From assembly GCA_018650445.1 (NCBI GenBank), contig JABIFX010000214.1, forward strand, positions 2,174 through 66,173: a DNA stretch of 64,000 bases. Direction: 5' to 3'. Under the pieces are notes generated by a model. It was not told the DNA's origin. It did no database searches and saw only the letters and a list, made by a program, of their open reading frames with translations. Each line of letters opens with the position of its first letter. Position 1 is the stretch's first letter. Shown piece after piece: positions 36,796 through 46,881 of this stretch. Both the position numbers and the translations under genes were made by a program. This stretch comes from Fidelibacterota bacterium (lineage in GTDB: Bacteria; Fidelibacterota; UBA8477; JABMPR01).

Positions 36796-38070
36796 CTAGC
36801 CCTTAGGAGCTGTGACACTCCGTTTTAACCAGGCATAACATTCCTTCTTAGGTTTAGCTTTACCTGCTTTAACGTATTCGTCTCTATTGAAGAACCAGTC
36901 GCCACTCTGTGGAATACGGGCTTCTTTTAGAAAATCAATTTTGTTGGTCGCTTTATAATAGCCTTTTGCTTTGGCTTTTATATAATCCTCATATGCCATC
37001 ATAAATACGAGTTTATCATCAAAATCGGGGACTGAACCAGCACAAGCCATACCTACTGCTTCATATACTGAGGCACGATTTGCGTAGGTCTGACCATTTT
37101 GAGAATCCATGTTAATGGCTTTACCCGCCCAGGACATAGCCGATTTAAGCTGTCCATCATCGATGTAGGCTTGTGTCATGTCAAAATAGATGCGGACATC
37201 TTCAGGATTGGCAGTATTCAATTTTTTCAGCCAACTAATGACTGTTTTTGTTTGACCCAACTCACGATAAGCTTCAACAAGATCCTTCATGATATTGTTC
37301 ATTCCTGGTGAAATGGTAAGGATTCCTTCTAAGACTTTGATGGCTGTATCATTTTCGCCAGCATCGCGAAGTACACGCACATAGTCCTGGGCATTGGAAA
37401 TATTGGCAGGATTATTCTTGTATTCTTCTTCAACAAAGCCCCTTACATCACCACCCTGTGCTTCAATTGCTTCGCGGATGATATTCCTAAGGTTTTTATT
37501 CTCAGGGTTCGTTAGGAGTAGTTGTTCTGAGATAGCAATAGCTTCTGGATACATGGAGAAGGTGATGTAATCTTCGGCAATTTGTTCACCAAGGATTGAA
37601 TCTTGAGGGAAGGCAGCATACATATCTACCTTTGCTTGAAGGATCAAGTCTTCGTCATCCATCATTTTCAAGGTAAAGAGTTTATTCTCCCATAGATATT
37701 TGTTCTGAGGGATGATGCTCAAACCCTCTTCGTAGTATATCATGGCAGTATCAAGATGGTCTAATTCGCGATAAGAGTTACCCATATAGACATAAACATT
37801 TTGAGCCATTTGCTCATCGACACATTCATATTCAAACAATTTCTTATAATTATATAAAGCATCTGGATAGGCTTTATTCTTATAGTACTCAGTGGCAAAA
37901 CTTAAGTGCTTCATGCAGTATCGCGAATTGGCTTTGCGTACTGAATCTTTACGTGCTTTTTCCATGGCGGCCAATTCTTCAGCGGTAGCTTGTGGAGGCA
38001 TGCAGGCGGACAAGACCAGTGTAAATAACATGATGCCCATAGTAATAATTGACACAACTTTTAACTTCAT
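36796..38070 (-). CDS. TPR-repeat lipoprotein
   Basis: Lipobox LVLSAC, followed by multiple TPR-like repeats (for example AYPDALYNYKKLFEY and YRELDHLDTAMIYYEEGL). Confidence 0.7.
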   Translation of the reverse strand: MKLKVVSIITMGIMLFTLVLSACMPPQATAEELAAMEKARKDSVRKANSRYCMKHLSFATEYYKNKAYPDALYNYKKLFEYECVDEQMAQNVYVYMGNSYRELDHLDTAMIYYEEGLSIIPQNKYLWENKLFTLKMMDDEDLILQAKVDMYAAFPQDSILGEQIAEDYITFSMYPEAIAISEQLLLTNPENKNLRNIIREAIEAQGGDVRGFVEEEYKNNPANISNAQDYVRVLRDAGENDTAIKVLEGILTISPGMNNIMKDLVEAYRELGQTKTVISWLKKLNTANPEDVRIYFDMTQAYIDDGQLKSAMSWAGKAINMDSQNGQTYANRASVYEAVGMACAGSVPDFDDKLVFMMAYEDYIKAKAKGYYKATNKIDFLKEARIPQSGDWFFNRDEYVKAGKAKPKKECYAWLKRSVTAPKG

Positions 38071-38080
38071 GAGTTAATCC

Positions 38081-39256
38081 TCATCTTCTTTTAACTTTTT
38101 TGAACCACATATCATTAATTTGAATTCCTAATTTCATGCGGGCGAATAACTCATCAGGCAGACTTTCATCTCCACCACGTGAGCCGAATTCACCAGAAAT
38201 CTCAAACAAACTTCTTCCATTTCTCAGATCGAGATTGGCACCAGTTATCAATGAATATTCATATATCATATTGTCATTGGCTGGTGACAGATAGTAATTT
38301 TTAATGGATACTCCCGTCTGAAAACCCGTTCTTTTGGTCCAGTAACGTGAAGTTCTATCAGTAGGTAATTTTTGCATCGCAATTTGAAACGATGCCACAG
38401 GAACAGTTTTCCAGCCGGCAGGTAAAGCAAATACCCTGGCCAGGTTGAAATCTGAATCAGAAAAGAGCTGCTGTGCAATGCCAACCATAAAATTCATCGT
38501 TTTTGAGTGATGGTAGATGACACCAAGTTTAATAGTGCTTGGCCAGGCATCCATCTCTTCATCTATGTCAGCAAACGCAGACGATCCAGCCAGACTATCC
38601 TGACCAGATAAAGTAGGCTTGTCGTAAGGAATATTTACAGTTAGACCGAGAGATACTTTCTCTCTCACATTGGTAATAGCGCCTGCTTCAATACTCTTTC
38701 CTGATATGTCACCCTTGATCACATATAATTCTTGAATATCATCCATCTGAATGGTGGTTTCACGTCTTAATTGACCCTGAAACGCGTGTAGCTTTAGCCC
38801 CAGCTTCACAACAGGAGAAAGTGAATAACCCAGACCTAGATGAAAATCCCAGATTCCTCCAGTAGATTGCTCAGTGAAAGAACCCATGTCCAGGGTTGCC
38901 TCATAGTCAGAAGCAAAATCAGCTACTGCATGCGTTCCAAAACTCATCCCAAATCGTTTTCCGACTGGGAAGGAAACAAAGAGCTGTTCAAGTCGGGTAT
39001 TATTAGTAACAATATCGTCAATTGCTCTAAACTCTGATCCCAGACTTACTCCAAAATGAACTCGGTTGGAGCTGGTCAACGAAGCAGGATTGTGTGTCGT
39101 GACGTGGGCAGAATCATCCAGAGCTACAACGCCATGACCAAGACTGCTCCCCAGGGGCTCTGTGGTTGGAAAAATGTCACCGTACCCGAGTCGATAGTAG
39201 GCTGATTGCCCCATGAGCGAAATAGCGAGGATAAGAAAAAGGATTAATTTTCTCAT
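38081..39256 (-). CDS. Second PorV/PorQ/FadL-like outer-membrane barrel (tentative)
   Basis: Signal peptide MRKLILFLILAISLMGQ. GSSLGHGVVALDDSAHVTTHNPASL parallels GGMGEAQVALADDSYATYWNPAGL of the PorV candidate in this window. The remainder has alternating beta-strand character. Confidence 0.45.
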   Translation of the reverse strand: MRKLILFLILAISLMGQSAYYRLGYGDIFPTTEPLGSSLGHGVVALDDSAHVTTHNPASLTSSNRVHFGVSLGSEFRAIDDIVTNNTRLEQLFVSFPVGKRFGMSFGTHAVADFASDYEATLDMGSFTEQSTGGIWDFHLGLGYSLSPVVKLGLKLHAFQGQLRRETTIQMDDIQELYVIKGDISGKSIEAGAITNVREKVSLGLTVNIPYDKPTLSGQDSLAGSSAFADIDEEMDAWPSTIKLGVIYHHSKTMNFMVGIAQQLFSDSDFNLARVFALPAGWKTVPVASFQIAMQKLPTDRTSRYWTKRTGFQTGVSIKNYYLSPANDNMIYEYSLITGANLDLRNGRSLFEISGEFGSRGGDESLPDELFARMKLGIQINDMWFKKVKRR

Positions 39257-40368
39257 GGTCGCACCGCCAGGGAGGATTTTACATAGAGAGCTGAAGCAGA
39301 AGCATCTTTGGAGATGGCAATAAATCCGGGATTATAACCAGCGGTAGCAGGGCGTAAGAGCACCTCTATTTCATCCCTCTCATCATCGATAGCAGATTGA
39401 ATGATATTATTTATCTGATTGGAGTTATACCCATCTCCTCCATATTCGATTGTAGAGGACACCCCTGAGACAATATCTTCGACAAGCATACTAAACCTGA
39501 AAACACTATCAGGCATGTGAAGGGAGGATGCAAAATTATCAATTGCTGGCAAAAGACTGGAAGCAACGATATGCTGTATTGTATCACCCGTTACAGTAAA
39601 GCCTTGCAGATTCAGTGTAATAATAAGTGAATCACTTTTTAGTTGGCTAACATATTCATATTGCCCTCGATCAAAAGTTCCAGATTTCTCAGCAAAATGC
39701 ATAAATAGTGTGTCAGCCAGAACTGGAAGAACCGTCACGGAGTCGTTACCAGCAGAATCAGGTTCATGAAAGAAAAAATTCAGTAATGGTCTTGAAACTG
39801 AGCCGCCCCCATAGAATGCTGAAAAGTAATCAGTAGCCTGTGGAAAGAGTCCCAGGCTTACAATAGTATCACCTTCTGCAATGAGATCAGCGGGTAAATT
39901 ATATTTCCAGGAGTTATTACCACCTGCAATATTCATCGAATCGGTTCCGAGAATAATGCCATAGGCAGAATTTTCTATATCAATTAATTGATCCATGGTT
40001 TCGTAAAACCCAAAGCTGGAATAATTGGAAGCAAGCGAATCAGCTCCATTATCTGGATAAGTCACAACATGATTAACTTGAAATTGAACACTGTCAACCG
40101 CACTAATGTTCAATAAAGTATCAGAGAGGATAAACTCAACTGTAAAGCCTGATTTGTAATATTGAGTTTCACCAACCCAGGCTCTGAAATGTGAGCCCCA
40201 CTCTATGTCTGCAGTCCCTGCTTCAATAGCAGTTACATTATTAAGTGTGTCTTCGGTTATTGAGAATGGGTTGTAGATAAAGCTACTATTATCATACGCG
40301 ATTGGTTCATCACACGACCACAAGAAAAGTGCGGTGATAATAACTGCAAAAGGAATCCGGATTTTCAT
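39253..40368 (-). CDS. Hypothetical lipoprotein
   Basis: ATG 40368 gives MKIRIPFAVIITALFLWSC (lipobox). The track start 40404 lies inside the upstream terminator hairpin. ATGA overlap with the downstream barrel gene. Confidence 0.6.
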   Translation of the reverse strand: MKIRIPFAVIITALFLWSCDEPIAYDNSSFIYNPFSITEDTLNNVTAIEAGTADIEWGSHFRAWVGETQYYKSGFTVEFILSDTLLNISAVDSVQFQVNHVVTYPDNGADSLASNYSSFGFYETMDQLIDIENSAYGIILGTDSMNIAGGNNSWKYNLPADLIAEGDTIVSLGLFPQATDYFSAFYGGGSVSRPLLNFFFHEPDSAGNDSVTVLPVLADTLFMHFAEKSGTFDRGQYEYVSQLKSDSLIITLNLQGFTVTGDTIQHIVASSLLPAIDNFASSLHMPDSVFRFSMLVEDIVSGVSSTIEYGGDGYNSNQINNIIQSAIDDERDEIEVLLRPATAGYNPGFIAISKDASASALYVKSSLAVRP

Positions 40369-40380
40369 AAGCCCCTTTAA

Positions 40381-40412
40381 AAAAAGAGTTAAGTGTTCAA
40401 ACACTTAACTCT
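40381..40412 (-). terminator. Rho-independent terminator after the GlgA-N-like gene
   Basis: The minus strand reads GAGTTAAGTGTT-TGA-ACACTTAACTC-TTTTT. It is a perfect stem of 11-12 bp followed by a T-run. Confidence 0.75.
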
Positions 40413-40448
40413 GTTGGTTTAGAGTCAACACTGTCAATATTCAGAGTT

Positions 40449-41282
40449 TTAATTCTCAACTCCAAAGAATGTTTCCAATTCCAAATTGAGCTGTTGCCAT
40501 TCCTCTTCACTTTCATCAGAAATCGTAAAATACTTAACTTTTTTGCCAGTAGCTTTCAAAGCTTCCTGAATCTTGTCATGTTTTTCAATTTGATCTTTAT
40601 TGCTCTTGCCATTTATAGAGATACTAATGATCTCATCAGCATGCTTAATAGCAAGTCCGAGTAGATTGTCTTCATAACCAGCATAGTCTTCAGGCTCCAG
40701 ACCGGCCATTTCGTACTGTTTTGCTCCAACTTTTCCCATCTCTTCGATATTGACCAGGTTCAGGACCGTCTTCATGTCTGTGAAGAACTCTTCTTCAGCA
40801 TAAACGGTCTTAAACAGGACAGGAACCATGGCAGTGGTCCAGTCATTACAAAGAATAAAATCTGGTTGCCAGTACAAATAGGTGAGATTTTCGATGGCTA
40901 TTTTTGAAAAATAGAAATACTTCTCAGCATTCCGTTGATTGTAACGATTTTCAGCAACCTTGTATAAAGTTTTATTTTTACCGCCAAAATAAGGTTGGTA
41001 TTCCATAAAATAGACTTGAACACGGGTTGAGGGCACAAAGGCTGATTTGGCAGCGCCAAATCCGACCTCACCCTTGTATTCTACTTCAATTTCTTTGAGG
41101 CGAATAACTTCACGAATTACATATCGACGTTCGCTGACAAATCCATACCGTGGGGTAAAGATCCTCAAATCTTGTTTTTTTTCTTGAAAATGTGTGGGAA
41201 CCTTGTTGGAAATTTTAGCAAGGTCAGTTCCCTCAGAAAATGGAGAGACTTCTGAGGAGAGATAGTAAATTTTTGTTGGCAT
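40449..41282 (-). CDS. Stand-alone glycogen/starch-synthase N-terminal (GT5 catalytic-domain-like) protein with degenerate KxGGL
   Basis: TKIYYLSSEVSPFSEGTDLAKISNKVP aligns with GlgA in this window (NIVFASAEVAPYSKAGGLADVAGSLP). It is only 277 aa and lacks the second Rossmann half. Confidence 0.55.
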   Translation of the reverse strand: MPTKIYYLSSEVSPFSEGTDLAKISNKVPTHFQEKKQDLRIFTPRYGFVSERRYVIREVIRLKEIEVEYKGEVGFGAAKSAFVPSTRVQVYFMEYQPYFGGKNKTLYKVAENRYNQRNAEKYFYFSKIAIENLTYLYWQPDFILCNDWTTAMVPVLFKTVYAEEEFFTDMKTVLNLVNIEEMGKVGAKQYEMAGLEPEDYAGYEDNLLGLAIKHADEIISISINGKSNKDQIEKHDKIQEALKATGKKVKYFTISDESEEEWQQLNLELETFFGVEN

Positions 41283-41308
41283 AGATTTCTTTTTTTTTTA
41301 TAACCTAT

Positions 41309-42472
41309 TTATCTGGAGGCGAGGATTTGCTTGACTTTTTCCCGGTAGGAACTTTCAGGGAACATATCCAGTAGCCGTTCTAATTCATCGTAACCGCGGG
41401 CTTGATCGCCGCTATTGAGGTAGGAATATCCAATCTTGAATTGTGCAGCATCGGCTTTATTGGTATCTTTAAATTGAATCACTTTTCTAAATGCTCCGAT
41501 AGCCTTTGAGTACTCATCCAAAGCGTAATAGGACTCTCCGATCCAATACTGAGCATTGTCAGCATAATCATTTTGCGAATCATTACGAATCAACATCTCA
41601 AAAGCATCAATAGCGCCCATGAAGTCACCATTTTGATACGCGCTTAATGCATCAATATAGTGTTGCTTGTATGTCTCGTAGTCCATCTTTGCAGCAGTTG
41701 GAGATTGTTTGACAGGTGTTTGAGAAACTGGAGTTCGAACAATATTTGGAGTCGTCGAAGGCATGGCCATGAGCTCGTTAAATGAGTTCGTAAGCGAGAT
41801 TATTTTATTCTCCAGGAATACTAACTGCGATAGAATATCATAATTTGAACTATCCTGAACTCTAGCGTTCATTTCTAAAGTACTTAACTGATCATCGGAA
41901 CTCATCATGTGATCAGCGACATTCAGTTGAAATTCTGAGAAGGATGAATCCAACATGGAGAACTGACTTACGATGTTCAGTAAATTTTCTTCAAGAACTG
42001 CCATTTTTTCTGGATCCATGGTTGCATAGATGCTATCCACCTGAAATTGAGTATTTTGAATAGATGTACCAAGTCCTGCGATAGACTCTCTAATGCCATC
42101 CTGCTCAGCCTGCAAGCCTGCTATCTGCTCACCACTTGTTTTGGATGATTCACTGGTAACAGAATCTGTTCTGCTTCGCTCACTTGCCAGCTTATTATCA
42201 ATCTCGGAGGAAAGTTCATCAATCGAACGTTTAGATTCGGCATTGAGCTTATAGAGATTTTCGAGACTAATATGGTTCTCGTTGTATGTTTCACGCATAG
42301 CTTTCACTTCTTGGGAGAACTCTTTTAATCTGGCATCAAGAACAACCAGAGTACTGTCCGTACCTTGACTGCCCTGTTTCACCTCACTAAGTTCCTGCTT
42401 CAGTTCTTTCGAACCACCACAACCAAGGATGAGTGCTAATATCAAAATGAGAGCGAACGTTCTTTTGTACAT
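41309..42472 (-). CDS. Coiled-coil lipoprotein with CpoB/YbgF-like C-terminal TPR domain
   Basis: Lipobox LILGCGG and a long coiled-coil. The C-terminus has YIDALSAYQNGDFMGAIDAFEMLI...ADNAQYWIGESYYALDEYSKAIGAFRKVI...KADAAQFKIGYSY, the YbgF pattern. Confidence 0.55.
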   Translation of the reverse strand: MYKRTFALILILALILGCGGSKELKQELSEVKQGSQGTDSTLVVLDARLKEFSQEVKAMRETYNENHISLENLYKLNAESKRSIDELSSEIDNKLASERSRTDSVTSESSKTSGEQIAGLQAEQDGIRESIAGLGTSIQNTQFQVDSIYATMDPEKMAVLEENLLNIVSQFSMLDSSFSEFQLNVADHMMSSDDQLSTLEMNARVQDSSNYDILSQLVFLENKIISLTNSFNELMAMPSTTPNIVRTPVSQTPVKQSPTAAKMDYETYKQHYIDALSAYQNGDFMGAIDAFEMLIRNDSQNDYADNAQYWIGESYYALDEYSKAIGAFRKVIQFKDTNKADAAQFKIGYSYLNSGDQARGYDELERLLDMFPESSYREKVKQILASR

Positions 42473-42585
42473 TGCTTAAGCCACTTTCTGCTGGGAGTTA
42501 AGACAAGAAATCATACGGGCGTCAATTTAACCTCACCACAGGGACTCGCAACGCTAAATGTAGTGGTTTCAGGGGGCTTGAGGCT

Positions 42586-43818
42586 CTACCCAACAGCTCT
42601 GCGGACTGAGGACATATTAGCAGAAAGACCAGCCAATATCATTGAGGTAATCATAAATGACCCTCCATAGCTGATGAACGGCAATGGAATACCTGTTACG
42701 GGCATGATACCAACTATCATCCCAAGATTGACAAACACATGAAATATATAGATGGATGTGATACCAATCAGGATGACACTATCAAATCTGAATTTGCTGT
42801 TGTAGGCTTGTGTAATCAATTTTGCTATCAGTAAATAGAAGAGTGTGATCACCACCATAACACCGACAAACCCAAATTCCTCCCCAATCACGGTCATGAT
42901 AAAATCTGTATGTTGCTCTGGGAGAAACTTCAAATGAGTTTGCGTGCCTTCTCCAAGACCTTTTCCAAATGGACCGCCAGATCCAAAAGCTGTTAATGAT
43001 TGAGAAACCTGATATCCCGCACCGAGTGGGTCGGAGTCGGAGTCAATCATTGACAGAATTCGCTGCTGCTGATATGGTTTTAGTAGGGCCCAGAGCAAGT
43101 TGGTAATTCCGCCTAGTCCAACATTAATTATAAAGTTTAGAGTTTTTGTCCAAAATGGGAGGTGGTTAAAATACAGAATAACAATAATGACTCCCATCCA
43201 GATAAAGAAGGACAAAGTCTGAAAAGATGCTAGCATGGAGAGAATCGGTGCTAGCAGGAGAAAGAAATGAAGTGGTTTTATACCTGCCCAAAATATTATC
43301 ACAATCAATATCCCAAAATATGTAAGAGCGGTGCCTAAATCTGGTTGAGCAAGAACAAGAATAGTGGGTCCCAGAGTCATCGCAACGGGAGTCATTATTT
43401 CTTTAATATTTGAAAGCTTTCGTTTGTGGTCCGCAAAATATTTTGCATGGGCTAAAAGCAAAAATATTTTCATGAATTCAGATGGTTGGATTCCAATACT
43501 CCCAAACATAATCCATCTGCTAACGGCTCCGCTACTTTTCATGAGTATGGGAACCAATAAGAGGAGAATTCCAAAGCCATAGGCAGGGTATGTAAAATTG
43601 TGAAGGACCTTTCTAGGGATGAAATATGCTGTCAGGAATAATCCAATTCCAACCACTGTCCAGATACTTTGCCTGAAAAAATAATCGGAGCTTGATTCAT
43701 GCTGCGCTTCAATGCTATAAATGGCTGTTAATCCACTTACTGAGAGCAGTACGACCAATATGAGTGTACTCCACTCCAACTCTTTAAGTTTTACAATTAT
43801 ATAGCTTTTAATATTCAT
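42586..43818 (-). CDS. rodA: SEDS peptidoglycan polymerase RodA
   Basis: 410 aa with about 10 TM and SEDS motifs (QPSEFMKI, PEQHTDFIM, GIPLPFISYGGS). It overlaps the mrdA stop. Confidence 0.9.
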   Translation of the reverse strand: MNIKSYIIVKLKELEWSTLILVVLLSVSGLTAIYSIEAQHESSSDYFFRQSIWTVVGIGLFLTAYFIPRKVLHNFTYPAYGFGILLLLVPILMKSSGAVSRWIMFGSIGIQPSEFMKIFLLLAHAKYFADHKRKLSNIKEIMTPVAMTLGPTILVLAQPDLGTALTYFGILIVIIFWAGIKPLHFFLLLAPILSMLASFQTLSFFIWMGVIIVILYFNHLPFWTKTLNFIINVGLGGITNLLWALLKPYQQQRILSMIDSDSDPLGAGYQVSQSLTAFGSGGPFGKGLGEGTQTHLKFLPEQHTDFIMTVIGEEFGFVGVMVVITLFYLLIAKLITQAYNSKFRFDSVILIGITSIYIFHVFVNLGMIVGIMPVTGIPLPFISYGGSFMITSMILAGLSANMSSVRRAVG

Positions 43819-45593
43819 GAAGGTCGCTTCGCAATGTTTCTTAACACTTTACCTATGAGTGGAGCAGCCTTACCACCGCCGCCGCCACCATTTTCCAACA
43901 GAACTGCCCAGGAATATGGATAACGCTCGTCCAGACTAAAACCAATGAACCAGGCATGATCTTCGCCATGGGGATTCTGGGCTGTCCCCGTTTTACCATA
44001 GATATCCCAATCTTTTTGGCGGGCAGCCTTGGCAGTGCCTTTTTTACCGTTCACAACATCCCACATTGACTGATGTACAAAATCCCAGGAATCTTTTGAA
44101 GCAGTGACCCTATCATTGGGTTGTGAAATATTCACTTGTATTACGTCCCCATTTTTGGACACTACCTTATTTACGAAATGCGGCTGAAATTGAGTCCCAC
44201 GTTGAGCTAACATTCCAGCAAATTGAGCGAGTTGTAACGGTGTTACCAAAACATCACCCTGACCCACAACAATATTCAACAAGTTTCCTCTCGTCCATTT
44301 ATTCTGCCCATACTTACGATTCATATATTTCGTATCAGGAACCAGACCTTTATTTTCACCGGGAATATCAATATTGGCACGCTGCCCAAATCCAAAATCA
44401 CGGGCGATATGAGCCCAATCTTCAATCCCAATATCCTGGATTAGGTTAAAGAAATAAACATTACAAGATTGTTGAATAGCATCGTGGAGGTTCATTTTGC
44501 CATGTCCAACTTTTTTCCAGCAACCAAAGGAGCGATTACCCAATCGATAAGATCCGCGACAGACATAAGTTCGCTCTTTTGCATTAGAATGATTTTCCAA
44601 CGAGTAGAGTGCTGCCAGGGGCTTGAGTGTGGAACCAGCAGGATACAGACCCTGTATCCCCCTATCATATAGAGGTTTACGAGGATCTTGAATCAGTGCT
44701 TCCCAATCCTTTGAAGAAATCCTACCAGATAACATTTCAAGATTGTAGCCAGGACGACTGGCATAGGCGAGAATCTCTCCTGTTTTATGATTCAGGATTA
44801 CCACGGACCCTGAAGAATCTGCAAGGGCTTTTTCTACGGTATGCTGAATATATGAATCTATGCTTAGAACCAGGTCATGTCCGGGAATTGGATTGATGGG
44901 AGCACGATCCTGAACCTCACCAATTTCCTGACCGAGGGCATTTACCTCAACATATCTAAAACCCCTCTGACCATGTAATACTGATTCATGAAATTTTTCC
45001 AGACCCTTCCACCCTACCTGGTCACCAGGCTGATAGTCAGAATCCTTATTAAAGCGATTAAGATCGTCCCTGTTTATTTCTCGGGTATACCCTAGAGCAT
45101 GTGACAAATCTAGTTCAGACACATAGTTACGAATGGGTTCAATACTGTAGGTCACACCAATAAGTTCGAGGCGGTGCTCCTGTAGGTGAGATATCTTCTC
45201 AAAGGGGACCCGACTGAATACTTTGGCTGGAGCAAAAGATCCGCGACGATTTTTTACTATGCGACGATTTATCTCTTCAACAGAAATTTCCATAACGCTG
45301 GATAGACGCTCCAGTGATTCCGGCTTTTTCTTTACCTCAATAGGTATGACAGAGATGGTGTAACTGGGCGCATTATCCACAATAAGATTGCCAGCACGAT
45401 CATAGATTACGCCGCGGGATGCCAGCACGGGAACCGCACGAATATGATTTGCAGTTGCCTTCTCAGCGTATTTCTCATGTAATACGATCATCAAGTAGTA
45501 ATAACGACCGATGAGAATCAGAAAAAGGAGTGCGAGAAGACCGTGGACAAGAAGTGACCTCCAGCCCTCAACGATATTCCTGCCCTGGAGCAT
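43815..45593 (-). CDS. mrdA: Penicillin-binding protein 2 (elongasome transpeptidase)
   Basis: N-terminal TM plus the SxxK (GSTLKP), SxN (SCN) and KTG (KTGTAQ) motifs. Confidence 0.9.
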   Translation of the reverse strand: MLQGRNIVEGWRSLLVHGLLALLFLILIGRYYYLMIVLHEKYAEKATANHIRAVPVLASRGVIYDRAGNLIVDNAPSYTISVIPIEVKKKPESLERLSSVMEISVEEINRRIVKNRRGSFAPAKVFSRVPFEKISHLQEHRLELIGVTYSIEPIRNYVSELDLSHALGYTREINRDDLNRFNKDSDYQPGDQVGWKGLEKFHESVLHGQRGFRYVEVNALGQEIGEVQDRAPINPIPGHDLVLSIDSYIQHTVEKALADSSGSVVILNHKTGEILAYASRPGYNLEMLSGRISSKDWEALIQDPRKPLYDRGIQGLYPAGSTLKPLAALYSLENHSNAKERTYVCRGSYRLGNRSFGCWKKVGHGKMNLHDAIQQSCNVYFFNLIQDIGIEDWAHIARDFGFGQRANIDIPGENKGLVPDTKYMNRKYGQNKWTRGNLLNIVVGQGDVLVTPLQLAQFAGMLAQRGTQFQPHFVNKVVSKNGDVIQVNISQPNDRVTASKDSWDFVHQSMWDVVNGKKGTAKAARQKDWDIYGKTGTAQNPHGEDHAWFIGFSLDERYPYSWAVLLENGGGGGGKAAPLIGKVLRNIAKRPS

Positions 45594-46069
45594 TATTCTG
45601 CTCCGACTCGAAGCACTATGAAACTTCCACTCAGAAGCGCAAGCGTATATATCGTCTTTGGAAGGAGAATCAGAAAAACAATGTTACCTGTGGCAAACTG
45701 TGAATCCTGGAGAGAAATCATGACGGTGAGTATAAAAAAGACCAGCAGGAAACCCGTATATAACAAATATTGAACTATGACTGGTATTCTGACAATCCGA
45801 CCATGAAATATTCCTGATAGATATCCTACTACAGCCAGAGCAAGTGCAGTAATACCCATCATATCAGTACCTGTTAAAGCATCGATAATAAATCCAAAAA
45901 AGAATCCCAACCAGATAGCATGCAGTTGGCTTTTGGTTAATCCGATGTAGATGATAAATATGACCAGGAAACTTGGGGTCAGACCATAAATGCTGAATAT
46001 ATCACCTATCATCCATTGGAAAATGAGTACGAGAAGACCAAGGATACTATTTTTGATGATACCAAACAT
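45593..46069 (-). CDS. mreD: Rod shape-determining protein MreD
   Basis: 158-aa polytopic membrane protein located between mreC and mrdA. Confidence 0.8.
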   Translation of the reverse strand: MFGIIKNSILGLLVLIFQWMIGDIFSIYGLTPSFLVIFIIYIGLTKSQLHAIWLGFFFGFIIDALTGTDMMGITALALAVVGYLSGIFHGRIVRIPVIVQYLLYTGFLLVFFILTVMISLQDSQFATGNIVFLILLPKTIYTLALLSGSFIVLRVGAE

Positions 46070-46070
46070 A

Positions 46071-46853
46071 CTATTTAAGTATAAATACTTCCTCTACGCG
46101 ATTAAAGTCTGTTGCCAGATCAACTCGAACAGATTTCACATAATCTTCCACAACAGGTGAGATGGTTGAGACCCAGCCAACGAAAATGTGCTCTGGAAAT
46201 ATGTCACTAAAGCCAGAGGTTACTACTGAGTCCCCCGCAATCACTTCAGCATTTTTAGGGACATCCTGAATGACATATCCAGTTTTCAAGGTGTAGCTCA
46301 AAATGCCCACATCTCTTGAGCGCATCTCTCTAACAGAAACCCTGAAATTTTTATCGTTTACCAATTGAACGAGTGCTGTGTGTGGTGAAATTGCCACAAC
46401 CTTACCCACCAACTGTGCTTCTGCATCAACTACGCCGGAAAGCAGCGTAACACCATCATCAGAACCTTGATCAACAGTGAGACTATTCATAGTGTGGCTA
46501 CCTACATCTGAAAGCACGTTTGCCGGGATCACACTGAAATGCTTATCACCTTTGAACCCAAGCATACTGCGAAGTCGCTGATTTTCTTTCGCAAGCGTTC
46601 TTGTTTTATTTAGTTCGATCTGAGCTTTAATATGACGCTGTTGAAGCTCGCGGTAATCCTTTTCGACAGAAAAGATGGTTTTCATCCATTGGATGGGTAC
46701 ATATAGATAGGCTGATGATTCCAGAACGATAGCACGAGTTCGATCCATGGTAGCAGTTCCGTTGGATGCTATAATCAGCAGAGACAGAATGATAGCTGCA
46801 AGCAGGTTTACCAGGGATTTATATCGAGAGATGGATGGTGCTTTTGATGCCAA
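46071..46853 (-). CDS. mreC: Rod shape-determining protein MreC
   Basis: TTG start, N-terminal TM, a coiled-coil (ELNKTRTLAKENQRLRSMLGFK) and beta domains. Confidence 0.9.
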   Translation of the reverse strand: MASKAPSISRYKSLVNLLAAIILSLLIIASNGTATMDRTRAIVLESSAYLYVPIQWMKTIFSVEKDYRELQQRHIKAQIELNKTRTLAKENQRLRSMLGFKGDKHFSVIPANVLSDVGSHTMNSLTVDQGSDDGVTLLSGVVDAEAQLVGKVVAISPHTALVQLVNDKNFRVSVREMRSRDVGILSYTLKTGYVIQDVPKNAEVIAGDSVVTSGFSDIFPEHIFVGWVSTISPVVEDYVKSVRVDLATDFNRVEEVFILK

Positions 46854-46881
46854 GATTTAACCTATCGCGCGGGTAAAAAGC

